From assembly GCA_000004985.1 (NCBI GenBank), contig GG738927.1: a stretch of 64,000 nucleotides of DNA; one strand, given 5' to 3'. Below, piece after piece: positions 52,905 to 64,000 of this stretch. The translations under genes were made by a program, and so were the position numbers. The stretch is from Naegleria gruberi (Eukaryota). Positions within the stretch are counted from its first letter, which is position 1; each line of letters starts with the position of its first letter. The notes under the pieces were generated by a model. The model saw only the letters and a program-made list of their open reading frames with translations. It was not told the origin of the DNA and made no database searches.

Positions 52905-54582
52905 TTAAAAGTTTTTGTTTTGAGTAAAAGTTCTAACCATTTCCAACACATTCTTTCCTTGATTCATTGGAGACATATGTCCGGCTTTGTTGACCAAAAT
53001 AGTTACCAAATTATCATATTGATGAGAGTAACCAACAATTTGACCGTCAACCTTCCATGGCTTTCTACCAAGACCCAAATCTTGATTGAAAGAACTAGCT
53101 CCATGCCAGTTCATTGATTGAATCCAATTGGTAGCTCCAACGGAATTAACTATCCAATCGTACTGACCATTATATAACAATACACGCACCTTTCTTTCTG
53201 GGCTATCAAGTAAAGCTTCAACCTTATATTTGACAGACTTGGCAATATCAGCCAAGAGATTATTCCAAACATCATTGTTTTCATCGTAATATTTGACACC
53301 TTCTGTGTGCATGAGCTTTTTGGTTTCTGGCAAGTTTACATATTGGACGTAGGCAGAAATGTCTGGATCTCCATAACTTCTAATATCGTAAACATTGACA
53401 CCACCAGCACATTGATTAATTACAAAGTCTGTGAGATTATTGTTAACATTCATAACATCGACAAATCTCTTTTCCTTGATAAGTTTAACAATTTGATCTT
53501 GATAATTCTTAACAACTGCTCTTTGAGGTCCATCAATCAAACCAGTGGCAAAAGAATAAGTATCATAACTGGCAAATTGAATTTCTGGATCAGTTAAACC
53601 ATCCTAAAATTGATTTAGTTTACAAATTTGAAATAATAAAAACCTACACCAATACCAATACCGGCCAAATTGAATGGGAAACCAGAATTCATAATACTAT
53701 TTTATGAATCAATGTAAATTCCAAATTCCAATATTTATAAACTTACTTGTAAGCAATAGATGGAACTATTTCAATGTGAATAATTTAAATTTCATAAAAT
53801 ACTTACTATATTTTCCAGCATAACTTTCACCAAACAAGTACAATTCATTACCTCTATATTTTCTAGCAAAGTCCAATTGGAAGAATTTTTCCAAAAAGAT
53901 ATGCACCTCACTAGCAACTCTATCTTCACTGTGAACATAACCTGGAGATTGAACATGTGAGAAACCGCTTCCCAATGGATTATCAAGCCAAATCTTTTGA
54001 CAGTTTGGTGAATTAGCTCAAAAATATTGAAATGACATACCATGTGATAATCATAATTCCAAGTTGTTGGATTCTTGACAAGTTTCAAAGTTTTTGGATC
54101 TACAAGATATGGTCCATTTTCAACAAACAATCCAAATTCACTTCCGGCACCAGGTCCTCCTTGGAACCAAATAATAACTTTGGTCAATCAGCAAAATTTC
54201 ATCATACACATTTTGAATAATTAATTATTAAATGATCAATCACTTGTGAAAATCTAAACATACTTGGACTATCAGCCTTTCCACTCAAAGCTTCACTAAA
54301 AACATAATACATTTGTCCCTTGTATGTCGAATTTACTTCAATAAAACCACTAAATTCAAATGGATTATTATCCATATCAACCTTGACATAATCTTCAGGC
54401 GAAATCTTCATTGGAAGAGGTGCTGGAGCAAGTCTCCTCCTTCCAGCTATCTTCTTTCCTCTCAACAAATCCACAAATAAATTAGATGTTGGAGGAGCCT
54501 TTCCTTCCGAGCCTTCCAACATCATCATGAACATTAGCGCAGAAAAGCACAACAATAAAACGATCAAGTAATTGGCGCGCAT
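52905..54582 (-). CDS. Serine carboxypeptidase (peptidase S10). Six exons: about 54582..54264, 54177..54041, 53993..53807, 53765..53747, 53696..53648 and 53603..52905.
   Basis: Signal peptide, then ...FIEVNSTYKGQMYYVFSEA...SP | IIIWFQGGPGAGSEFGLFVENGPY...TTWNYDYHM | IWLDNPLGSGFS...ELYLFGESYAGKY (active-site Ser) | IPSIAY (19-nt exon) | NIMNSGFPFNLAGIGIG | DGLTDPEIQFASY...NKAGHMSPMNQ (active-site His). All introns are 41-86 nt with GTA(A/T)GT...AG. Confidence 0.85.
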
Positions 54583-55021
54583 TTTTTTTTGTGTTTTTTT
54601 TAATTTTCAAATTTTTATTCGTTTAAACTCCTGAATGGATTTAATGAGGAGGAGTTTTGTGGGGAATTTTTGGAGTTATTTTGATGAGAAGGTGGCAGGT
54701 TTTTAAACTCCTGTGTTGGGACAGAGATGGATGAAATATTGATTTTGCTTGAATTGATTTTTATCAAAACACTTTACAATCAATGAAAATAGTTAAAGAA
54801 ATAGAATCTCAATATCCAAACACATTAATAACACAATTTTTCAACTAAAAACAATGGAGTCCATGCTGTTCGGTACCCATTCTTCCCTCAGAGTGAGTAC
54901 TTTCAGTCTCCTTCCATAGTAAATTATATGTTCGTACATATTGGAGGAGATTTTAAATACTCTCATTCCAAATGAGTATGAACAATAAAAGAGTCGTTGT
55001 TATTAAATCTCAAAAAAGAAA

Positions 55022-56794
55022 ATGCAACAAACTACATCAACTCTAATTACTGAATTAGCATCCAACTCCGAAAATGATGAAAATTTAAATTCTTTGAATG
55101 AAAAACAAAATGATAGAGTTGAAAATTTATCGAATTTATCACCAATTTCGTGTATTTGCTGTAGAAAGGCACATAAAAAGTGTGATAGACAACTGCCAAC
55201 TTGTTCAAAATGTATTCAGAGAGGAATTGCATGTGCTGTACGTTTACAACACTTTAAACACTTTAAAATATTTAAATGTTTAATATGAATTGAATATCTG
55301 AATAGTATAATGAACCTAAAAAGAGAGGAAAGGCAGCAGAGGCTTACCAACAGCGAAAAAAGAGAAAGGAACAAGATTTAGATGAGCTAGCTGCCAATGT
55401 CATTCATTATTTCTATACTTTCATAAGTGGAGGACATCCTGTCATTAGAAAACCCAAATTTGAATATTTTGTGAATCATTACTTGGCCCAATTGGAAAAT
55501 AACAATGAATTTGTATTAATTCCCAATGATTACATATCGAATATTGAAGAATTACAATGTATCTATTTATTTTACTTATCCATCAAGTCAATTTATTATC
55601 AATTGAATACAGAATTGGAATTGGCAAGTGACAGTATGAAAAATTGTGAGGAACTTTATTCAAAATTGGTTACAAAATCATTCATGAACTTTTATTTCAA
55701 TGCTGCTTGTCAATTTATTTCATTATATTATAGTGGAATTGGAGATTTTGTAAAAGTGAGATTTTACATTGCCATTGTAAAGTTTTATTTGAGTGAGAGG
55801 AAGGAATTTACTGATTTATATGAAAAGAATTTGGAGAGAAAGATTGTTTTTCAAAACAAGTCATCAAATGATCTCATTGATGGATTTTCTGCATTTATAG
55901 AAAATATGCCAAAAATATTTGAAGTGACAGTTGGTCAAAATTTGGAAAATTTACTCATTCCTGGGGCTTTGGAGTATTTGAGAACGGCTTCAGTCACAAC
56001 AGAGAATTACTGCTTTTTCAAACAGGTTGTGGATTTTGTTTTTAAAGTAGTTGGACAGTACAGAGTGGATTTATTCAAACAAATGATTGATTGTCATTCT
56101 GAAACATTCTTCAAATTTGAAAAACTGCACAGAAATTTAATTTATTATGGATTCCAGTTGTTTTTCCTGAGTCGATTACCTGCATTTTCACCTCAACTGG
56201 AAGAGGTTGCTCTGAAATTATCATGCTTGACAGAACATGAATATTTCAAGTATGTTTCAACAATCATTTAATTAACCAAATGATTAACGTTTATATCGTG
56301 ACAGGTATTCTGTTCCTGAGGTGATACCATGTGTGAGTGAGTGTGCAAAAATTCATTTACAAGTCATTCGACAAATTGAATCAAGAAAACGAGCAAATAA
56401 TATGCCATTCATAACTTCAAATGGAAAGGTTCTGACCATTGATTATTATTCGATACTGGAACGAGATTATAATGCTCTCAAATCACTAGAGAAACGATAT
56501 CCCCGAGTGAGGAATTCTTTTGGATCTTTGATCAATGAAATTCAAACAATTTTGAATAATCATGATAACCAAGGTGAGATGGCTCCGATCGAACCAAATC
56601 CCATTCTTTTCAATAAGCAAACCATTGATGATTCTTCGGATTTTGTTTCATCACCCAATTCCAACATATTGGCTGAAGATTTGAGATGGAAATCTTTATT
56701 GAAATATTTAGAAGCCATCAGGGAAAGATTGGGTGATGACAGTGGAAGTAGCAGTGGAGATTCTAGTTTTGATTTTGATCAATTTTTTGATTAG
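55022..56794 (+). CDS. Zn(II)2Cys6 transcription factor, paralog C. Three exons: about 55022..55237, 55306..56249 and 56305..56794.
   Basis: CICCRKAHKKCDRQLPTCSKCIQRGIACA | YNEPKKRGKAAEAYQQRKKRKEQ...GGHPVIRKPKFEYF...FNAACQFISLYYSGIGDFVKVRFYIAIVKFYL...TEHEYFK | YSVPEVIPCVSECAKIHLQVIRQIESRKR...WKSLLKYLEAIRERLGDD...FDFDQFFD. Confidence 0.7.
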
Positions 56795-57043
56795 CATGTT
56801 CCGTTATCATTGTGATCCTGAACATGTTCATGTAATCATCATGTTTTCGATCAAGATATTCAAAAGAAGGAATATAAATTTGTTTATTATGTATATTATT
56901 TTAATGTTATTTTGTATATTATGTATATTATTGTTTGTTGAATTGTATATTATGTATATTGTTGTTTTGTTAATATTATGTACATTAGTTGATTAAGGTT
57001 TTAGGAATTTGTAAATTTAAAGATAATTTAAGAAGAGGAAAAC

Positions 57044-57976
57044 TCATTCCATCCACTTCCATATATGCAAGGAAGATTCTCCTGGATACTTCATTCTCTT
57101 TCTACTCTTCTTCTCTTTAAATCTACTCTTGTTGATCAATTCAATCTTTTTGCTATCTTCTGAAGTAACAAGGACTGATTTTCTTTGTTTGAATACATGT
57201 TCTGGTTTTACAATCTTGTTAATATTATATACATTAGTTGATTGAGTTTTTAACTGAATCCTAATATTTGATGCAGCATCCACTGACTTTGGAGAGCTCA
57301 ATTCTTCACCTGATTGATTAGATGCAGATTCATAGGAAGCATCCGTATTAAACGGACTAGTAGTACTCCTGGTTGATAATGTAGATGTAACACTGCTGGA
57401 TGTTGATGTTGGACTACAACTTCCCTTAATGTTACATTCATTGAACAAATCTGTCCAAGATGTTAACATGTCATTAACATCCAATCTTAACATTGGTTGT
57501 TGTTGGCTTTCAATGTCAACAGATGGTTCAATGTTCAGCATGGAATCATCATGTTCCTTCTCTTCTGGGAGGATAACGGATTGGAATGGATAATAAGAGT
57601 TGAGGAATTGTTGTTGAATGGATGAGTAATCAATAGATGCATCTACAGGAATAACGGATGGTGAAGTTACATTCATCATGGCATGAACATTCATATCACT
57701 TAATGAATTTACATGATTAAGGGAATTCATTAAGGTGGTGGAGTAGGCCGTTGGTGATTGTGGACTAACGGCTGAGCTTGATGTGCAAGTGGTCGTCAAG
57801 CCGTGATGAAGATAATTAAATGTACCTGCTGATGCTGCTATTGGGAGAGTAAGAGGTGTAGTAGTAGGGGAGGTTGGAGGAGTTGGAAGGAAACATGATG
57901 ATTGTGCTGCTACTGCCATTTGGTTTAATAGTAGGGCAAAAGAATCATGAGGAAGCACATAAATAATAGGATTCAT
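57044..57976 (-). CDS. Hypothetical Pro/Ser/Thr-rich protein with a basic C-terminus
   Basis: 310-aa ORF in a moderately GC-rich block. C-terminal KSRFKEKKSRKRMKY is basic. No confident domain. Exon structure not resolved. Confidence 0.25.
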   Translation of the reverse strand: MNPIIYVLPHDSFALLLNQMAVAAQSSCFLPTPPTSPTTTPLTLPIAASAGTFNYLHHGLTTTCTSSSAVSPQSPTAYSTTLMNSLNHVNSLSDMNVHAMMNVTSPSVIPVDASIDYSSIQQQFLNSYYPFQSVILPEEKEHDDSMLNIEPSVDIESQQQPMLRLDVNDMLTSWTDLFNECNIKGSCSPTSTSSSVTSTLSTRSTTSPFNTDASYESASNQSGEELSSPKSVDAASNIRIQLKTQSTNVYNINKIVKPEHVFKQRKSVLVTSEDSKKIELINKSRFKEKKSRKRMKYPGESSLHIWKWME

Positions 57977-59333
57977 TCAGTTAGGGGAGGTTTCTAGTTA
58001 ATTTTTTTAACAAATTTTTCTCTGTGCGAGATAACTGATTACAGTAAGCGTCATCCAAATATGTAAAACGATTAAGGTAGATTTGGTCCCCACCCAAAGA
58101 TTGAGTAAGATCGCATTCAAATGTACGTACGTTTAACGAGATGGTCACTTGATACAAATATCGGTTGGATAGTATTGATTGTATTAAATTTGTCTGTTAT
58201 TATTATTATTATTGAAGAACGTTTGTGTTAAATCAAGTGTGAAAAGATTAGTGAAAGGAATAAATTCACACACGCAGCTTAATGTTGTTTTTTTTGAATC
58301 TGGGACGGAGATCTTCTCTATCAAATTGGAACAATTTTCAATGTGTGTCACACCTTACCAAGCAGGTAGCAAGTTGAAGTGTTCAGGAGCATATTTAGTC
58401 AATTGTTTAATTCCGTAAGATACTCCTCAACTAACAGATAACCACCACTGAGAGATACGCTAAATATCCAATTGCAACCTTAAAGAGCTCTTTCAGGAAA
58501 AGTATCTCGATGATGCATATTTTCGCCACTATTCAAGTTTGGAAACATTGTTTCTTGGTATAATGCTCAAATCCTTGCTATCTCTCGCCCTTAATAGTAT
58601 GTTAAAAAAAAATCTTCTGGAATATCTTTACGTTGCGTGTGAAAAATTCAAAATGTTTGGAGTGCATGGTGTGATTACAATATCAACAACAGGATATGGG
58701 ATGGGAGTATGCATGAATATGGGTCGTGGATTGTCGATAAGGGTAGGACCATTGCCATCCTCTAATTGGTGTGAGCTGAGTTTGTAATGTAATTGTATCA
58801 GTTTGTTACAAACGTATATTGCATCGTAATATATCAATGGAGTGGCAGTTAATGTTTCAGTTACATGAATTGTATACACAACAATTGAGTGTACGTTCCG
58901 TTTCAACTTGCTTCTCTTTTATATTTTAAAATTAACCTTATCAGTTTAGCGTGATGATCAATAATAGTAACACACCTCATCTTGTTGTTGAACTTTCAGG
59001 AGAGAATTGCTGTATGATTGTATGAGTTTAGTTCTTATAATTACCTTAAAGGTGAACCCTCAATAGTGTTGTCATTCAAGGAAATGGTCAGTACTGCAAA
59101 AATTAGAGATATAGTTAACCTATGAGGATTTATACAACAATGATGTACTCTCAAAAGTTGGTTTATACAATAACTGAATGAAATCTGATCTTCCAATGCA
59201 AACAATTCATGCCTACTCGAACGAGTGTTATGAGTTATAGGTTTGCACTGAGTAGAAGATGCCATTGAGCAGCGAAGTGTTAAATGTCCTAAAATCTAGT
59301 TATATATGGTGTGAAAAATCTAAGGAATTGTGT

Positions 59334-61703
59334 TTAATTCCAGTCTTCTTGATCTTCATAGATTGTTTCTGGTTCGTCATCTTCAAAGGTTGGGATTGGT
59401 GAGGTTGGTGTTGATTCGTCTGGTAAATGAATGACCTTGAATAGAATCTTTGGTGTTTCACTAATTTCTATAAATGAATGTCTTGCTAGCTTACCAATCT
59501 TGGTAATGATAAAGCTTCTCAACTTTTTCGATTTGATTGATAATTTTGATTTAAGCTCCTTGATAGAATAAACTAGGAAATGCTTCAAGTGATCCATTTG
59601 CTCCTGTAAGATTATGCTAAAATAGCTCATATCCCAAATTTTGATTGATTGTAATTGTGTCATACCAGTTAAATCAACTTCAGCTCCTTCAATGTTACAT
59701 CTATTCATTTCCAATATTTTGAGATTGGGTATTTGTACAAACTTGAATTTGTGTGGACCTTTCAAATATAAATATTGCAGTGATGTGAAAGAGTGTAAAC
59801 TCAATGCTCTCTGATTGTAGACGAGAGAGTTAATATTGGAGACAAGGTTGAATTTCTTGGAGAAAATATCGTGAAGTAAATCCTCAGTGACTGGAGTAAG
59901 TTGTGTATCAATATTGTAAACGTAATCTTCATGAACCACAATCTTCAAGTTCTTCAGGTTGGAGAATTGAGAGAGGAATGCACAAAACTTTCCAGAAATT
60001 CTCGCCAAGTCATCTTGTTCGTGTTGTTGTAAAAATAGAGATGGAACTGACACTGATGAAAGTGAAAGTTTAGCTGTCTCGTCAAGATGAATGTTATGGC
60101 AAAATTCAAACTTTTCCACTCTAGACGCAATCAATTCAAGGTTTGAAATATTTCCTGAAATGTGTATGTGAGTCTTGGAAGATTTTGAATAGTCAATATC
60201 TAAATCGTTGCATTTACCAACATCCACATACACAGAAGTTTCTTGGTTAAGGGATTCGTTGAAATTCAGTCCAATTCTCTTTACATTTCTTCCTTTGATG
60301 GTGGCTTTACTACCAATATTATAAACAGTTAATTGAATTGGACAATCTTCAATATAGAGTTCAGCGTCGGATCTAATATTGAGAGCTTTCATTCGATTCA
60401 ATTTCTTTTTGAGAATCAACTCGGGTACTTGTTTTTCCTTTTGTTTCTTTGTCTGCACCTCTGATGGTAGCGAGCTAAATAGTACTGTCTTTAATTTTTC
60501 GTGCTTATTCATCCAAAAGTTGAATAGAGTCTTTTGATCCGTTAAAGAATTCCCAAAAGTATCATAATAAAAGCATTCCAAATTTGGGAATGGTTTTTGG
60601 TTTTCTGTTATCACACAAGAAATTTGTAAATCCAACTTCTTGAGTTTAGGTAGTAAAATACCATTGAAACAAACAGAAAAGGTTACCTCTTCAAAAAAAC
60701 CTCCAACATTAATATTATCCATCACCGTCAAATCTGAAACAGAATGAGGCACTACAAAAATCTTATAATCACCTGTATACCTTTTGGCGTTTGGATTATT
60801 TTCTAACTGAACCGAACAACAAGTTTGCAAGCATAACCGTTTGAGAACTGTTAAATTTGGTGCCAATTTGTTCCAATTCTCCAATGATTTGTGTTGGGTA
60901 TTATCAATACCAATATTTTTGAGTTTTGGTGCTATACATAAAAGCGACTCGTATAATTCGTCCGTAATAGATAAGCATTCCGAACATAATTCAACAGTTT
61001 CTAATTTCGATAAATTTTTACAACTCTCAACAAAATTCTTAATAAATGATTCCCTTGGAACTTTTGCCTCTTTTGGCATGTCCAAAGCTATCTTTCTCAA
61101 ATTACTTCCAACTGGAGTGTGAATAATAGAGTGTGGATCCACAAATCCATCGAAAATATCCAAACTATCTAAATGGGAGAAGGATATCTTGGATTTTTCA
61201 ATAAATGTCTCCATTCTCAATTTTACATCAACCGGATACATTAATAGGTAAGACAACATGGTAGTATTTTCGGACCATAATTTCATAATTTCATCAGGTG
61301 AATCATCCACAGGTATTGGTATTTCTAATTTTCTAATCAATGACAAGTCGCAAAACGACTGCAACCACATGATGTATTCTTTTGTAATTTCCTTCAACAA
61401 CGAATAATAATAATTTCCATTTTCCTGATCCACAGAACAATTAGAAAATTCCTTTTCGCAATCAAAAACCAAAGGAAAATCTTCCACAAAATAGGTTGAT
61501 ACAAAAACTGTAAATCTAGCAAAGACCGAACTCCAAAAAAACGAATTATTTCTCATCCTCTCTCTCAATGCTCTATTTGTATGAGAAATAGCCAACAAGT
61601 CATTAAACCCAGTCACTTTCCTTGTCTCGGCACTCGGTAATAAATAATAGAAAATATGGTCAAATATTTCATAAGGTAAATCCTCTATGCTAAATTGTGT
61701 CAT
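59334..61703 (-). CDS. Large F-box-like / LRR-like protein
   Basis: N-terminal IEDLPYEIFDHIFYYLLPSAETRKV is F-box-like, followed by about 700 aa with irregular Leu-rich repeats. The first ATG is about 61703. Confidence 0.45.
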   Translation of the reverse strand: MTQFSIEDLPYEIFDHIFYYLLPSAETRKVTGFNDLLAISHTNRALRERMRNNSFFWSSVFARFTVFVSTYFVEDFPLVFDCEKEFSNCSVDQENGNYYYSLLKEITKEYIMWLQSFCDLSLIRKLEIPIPVDDSPDEIMKLWSENTTMLSYLLMYPVDVKLRMETFIEKSKISFSHLDSLDIFDGFVDPHSIIHTPVGSNLRKIALDMPKEAKVPRESFIKNFVESCKNLSKLETVELCSECLSITDELYESLLCIAPKLKNIGIDNTQHKSLENWNKLAPNLTVLKRLCLQTCCSVQLENNPNAKRYTGDYKIFVVPHSVSDLTVMDNINVGGFFEEVTFSVCFNGILLPKLKKLDLQISCVITENQKPFPNLECFYYDTFGNSLTDQKTLFNFWMNKHEKLKTVLFSSLPSEVQTKKQKEKQVPELILKKKLNRMKALNIRSDAELYIEDCPIQLTVYNIGSKATIKGRNVKRIGLNFNESLNQETSVYVDVGKCNDLDIDYSKSSKTHIHISGNISNLELIASRVEKFEFCHNIHLDETAKLSLSSVSVPSLFLQQHEQDDLARISGKFCAFLSQFSNLKNLKIVVHEDYVYNIDTQLTPVTEDLLHDIFSKKFNLVSNINSLVYNQRALSLHSFTSLQYLYLKGPHKFKFVQIPNLKILEMNRCNIEGAEVDLTGMTQLQSIKIWDMSYFSIILQEQMDHLKHFLVYSIKELKSKLSIKSKKLRSFIITKIGKLARHSFIEISETPKILFKVIHLPDESTPTSPIPTFEDDEPETIYEDQEDWN

Positions 61704-62285
61704 TTTTTTCAATGTTTTTCATGATTTTTGCAAACCTTTATTTTCTAAATTTCCATCCTTGTGTGATGTTGGTTGTTAAATTTCTTTCCTCAATAATATA
61801 ACACAACATGTCTAGATGAATTGATGATCGGGTAGTAAATAGATATACCCAGAGAATGCATTCCGAGACAAGCTTGAATGTTCTTATTTTACAGTAAATA
61901 ATTTCTTAGTATTCAGATACTAACGATCATACAACATGAACTGTCCGCATTGTTGTAGCTGCCTTAAGTTCGGTTTACGAATCATGCTAAGGTAATAGAA
62001 TAATCAATGCACTTAATTGAGAGTCGTTGAAAAGGAATATTGAGTTTCATGTGTTCTAATATCGAGAGCTTTGTGATCCAAGAAATAAAAAATTGGTACC
62101 TACTCTCCCCTAGGCTTTGAAATAATTCCATCATCAATTTGTTTTTAATATATTAAAATTGAACACAAGGATATTGGAAATTTCATCTAGGAGAATCCTA
62201 CTAGATAATCATTTAAAAGAGAGTGTAACAATATTAAATTTTGAAACTCTACATCATCTATTCAATTTGTAAATAATACTTTTGG

Positions 62286-63047
62286 ATGAGAAGGAATCAA
62301 GAAGACTCGGATGTTGAATTGAGTGTTAGATCAGAGGTCTCCTCTGTAACTAGTCTAGGAACAGCAATGATTGCTGAAGAACAAGAGGAAAGTAGGAAGG
62401 AATGTAAACGAAAGTCTATCTTTTTATGCATATTCACAGCCTTCTTCCTAATGCTAGTCATTCCACAGTTGAGTTTATTCATTTACTTTTACTTGACCGT
62501 TGATAGTGATCCATCATTGGCCAATGATCCGAATGCTCTAGTTTTTCGACATTCTAATTGTTGTACAATAGAAAATAGTTTTGTAGATTGTTTTACAAGT
62601 CTGAAGGATACATTCTGTTCCTTCAATATTACATTCCCTGTGCAAGGGTTTGATGAGGATAGTGACCCAGATGCAATTAATGATTGTGTAATTGCTCCTA
62701 ACACAACTTTTAGAACACGAACTGATAGTATTACATACAAGATGAATGTTGGTTCCGAAGATTACATCAAGTATGCAACTAATATGCAAAACAGAACCAA
62801 AATTGAAAACATTTCATGTTACACAGATAGGACAGAGTCTTATGTGAGTGTAAATTCCATATCTAGGCTATATAATTCATACTATTTTGCAATGATTGCC
62901 ATGGGTATTCTAATGTCTGGTTTTTGTTTGGCTATTATAATTGGATGGATGGTCATTCCCTTCATCAATTTGAAAAGAGATGGTCCTAGGAGAAGGAAGA
63001 GAAATAGACAAGCAGCTGCTAATATCATCAATACTGCTAACAGATGA
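62286..63047 (+). CDS. Hypothetical two-TM membrane protein with a basic C-terminal tail
   Basis: 253-aa ORF with ATG at 62286. Two helices: IFLCIFTAFFLMLVIPQLSLFIYFYL and YYFAMIAMGILMSGFCLAIIIGWMVIPF. Ends in RRRKRNRQAAANI. Confidence 0.35.
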   Translation: MRRNQEDSDVELSVRSEVSSVTSLGTAMIAEEQEESRKECKRKSIFLCIFTAFFLMLVIPQLSLFIYFYLTVDSDPSLANDPNALVFRHSNCCTIENSFVDCFTSLKDTFCSFNITFPVQGFDEDSDPDAINDCVIAPNTTFRTRTDSITYKMNVGSEDYIKYATNMQNRTKIENISCYTDRTESYVSVNSISRLYNSYYFAMIAMGILMSGFCLAIIIGWMVIPFINLKRDGPRRRKRNRQAAANIINTANR

Positions 63048-63197
63048 TATGAATAATTATTGTCGAGTATTATCATGGAAGATTAGAGAGAAATATCCTC
63101 AGCGGAGGTTTGCTTTGATTATCTGCGATCAATAAGATTGTTTATCTTTCTTGTGGTTGAACAACTGTTGTGTTTGCAAAGAAGAAAAAACATCATC

Positions 63198-64000
63198 ATG
63201 AGCACACTTAGAGCACTATTATTAGGAGTCTATGGTTATTGGAATTATACAAAAGCTGGATTCGAGAGAAGACTCGGAAGCACCATATCAGATGAATCTG
63301 TAAAGAATGTTGGAACAATGACAAACAAAGTATGCATTGTTACTGGAGCAAATTCTGGTTTAGGTTAGTATTGTTGTTAACTGTTATTATTAACAAGTTG
63401 TATGATTAGGTTATCAGACATCTATTGATTTGGCCAAAAGAGGTTGTACATTGCATTTACTTTGTAGAAATGAAGAAAGAGGAAAGGAGGCAGTTCAAAA
63501 TATCATCAAGGAATCGAATAATGAACAAGTTTATTTACACATTGTGGATATGTCCTCTGTGAAGAGCATTAAACAATTCTTGGATAGTCAAATTGGCAAT
63601 ACAATTCCTAAACTCAATATTCTAGTTAATAATGCTGGAGCTATTGTGGAAAGGATTGATCCAGTGACTAAAACTGCTCAAGTTACCTTGAATGAGAATG
63701 GATATGAAAACAATTTCCTTGTAAATACTATTGGACCATATTACTTGACTAGAGAATTAATTAATTTCATGGAAGAGTCTGCCAAGAAAGACAAGGATGC
63801 AAGTAGAGTTATTTTTGTATCATCTGGTGGAATGCTTACTTCTAGATTGGATTTGAATAATTTACAAAATCAAGGATTTACTGGAGCTTCTGCTTATGCA
63901 CATTGCAAACGTCAATCATGTTGCATTACAGAAGAATGGGCCAAATTACATGACAAATCTCTAATAACATTCAATTCATGCCACCCTGGTTGGGTCGATA
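63198..64000 (+). CDS. SDR family member, DHRS12-like. Partial: exon 1 about 63198..63363, intron, exon 2 from about 63410 to beyond the window end.
   Basis: MSTLRALLLGVYGYWNYTKAGFERR...KVCIVTGANSGLG | GYQTSIDLAKRGCTLHLLCRNEERGKEAVQNI...ILVNNAGAI...VIFVSSGGMLTS...ASAYAHCKRQ...SCHPGWVD. It aligns closely with human DHRS12 (YTKSGYES...VTGGNSGIGKATALEIAKRGGTVHLVCRD...INNAG...YAQNKRQ...MHPGWADTPG). Confidence 0.8.

Noticed and set aside
1-64000. Prokaryotic-style systems (CRISPR arrays, restriction-modification, toxin-antitoxin, operons)
   Set aside because: The window is clearly eukaryotic: it has spliceosomal introns, tRNA and 5S genes with Pol III terminators, and poly-N/Q proteins. There are no direct-repeat/spacer arrays or operon-like co-oriented short genes.

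Overview
This window is eukaryotic, gene-dense nuclear DNA with dictyostelid (social amoeba) character, not prokaryotic. Coding regions are very AT-rich with long Asn/Gln/Ser/Thr homopolymer tracts. Introns are short (about 40-180 nt), AT-rich and GTAAGT/GTATGT...AG. Several ORFs in the track start at TTG or GTG because the track uses alternative start codons; for those the real ATG lies a few codons downstream. I recognise about 30 protein-coding genes by motifs remembered from known families; I ran no database search.

Genes recognised:
- C-terminus of a PTC7-type PP2C phosphatase, and a Q/N-rich protein with a C-terminal UBA domain.
- An IGHMBP2/Smubp-2-like SF1 helicase (2 exons).
- An RWP-RK-like protein, and an AT-hook plus RRM protein.
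- Four F-box/LRR genes, with possible F-box remnants elsewhere.
- A histidine phosphatase and a PQ-loop transporter.
- A cathepsin C (DPPI) homolog with 7 exons, including a 7-nt microexon.
- A PhyH-type dioxygenase.
- A receptor-type class III nucleotidyl cyclase with an extracellular sensor domain.
- A 1767-aa coiled-coil protein, exocyst Sec15, and an N-myristoylated LRAT-like protein.
- Three paralogous Zn(II)2Cys6 (GAL4-type) transcription factor genes with identical 3-exon structure.
- Two SDRs, one of them DHRS12-like and running off the window end.
- An LCAT-like lipase, a UDP-glycosyltransferase, and an S10 serine carboxypeptidase (6 exons).

RNA genes are tRNA-Asp(GUC), tRNA-Glu(UUC), tRNA-Gly(GCC) and two near-identical dispersed 5S rRNA genes. 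I see no mobile element with RT or integrase, no CRISPR array, and nothing resembling a prokaryotic defence system.

The most notable points are the Zn2Cys6 paralog trio, the chromosomally dispersed 5S genes with a shared upstream motif, the cathepsin C microexon and its odd active-site splice, and several intergenic blocks with higher GC and no long ORFs. Splice coordinates were derived by hand and may be off by 1-2 nt.
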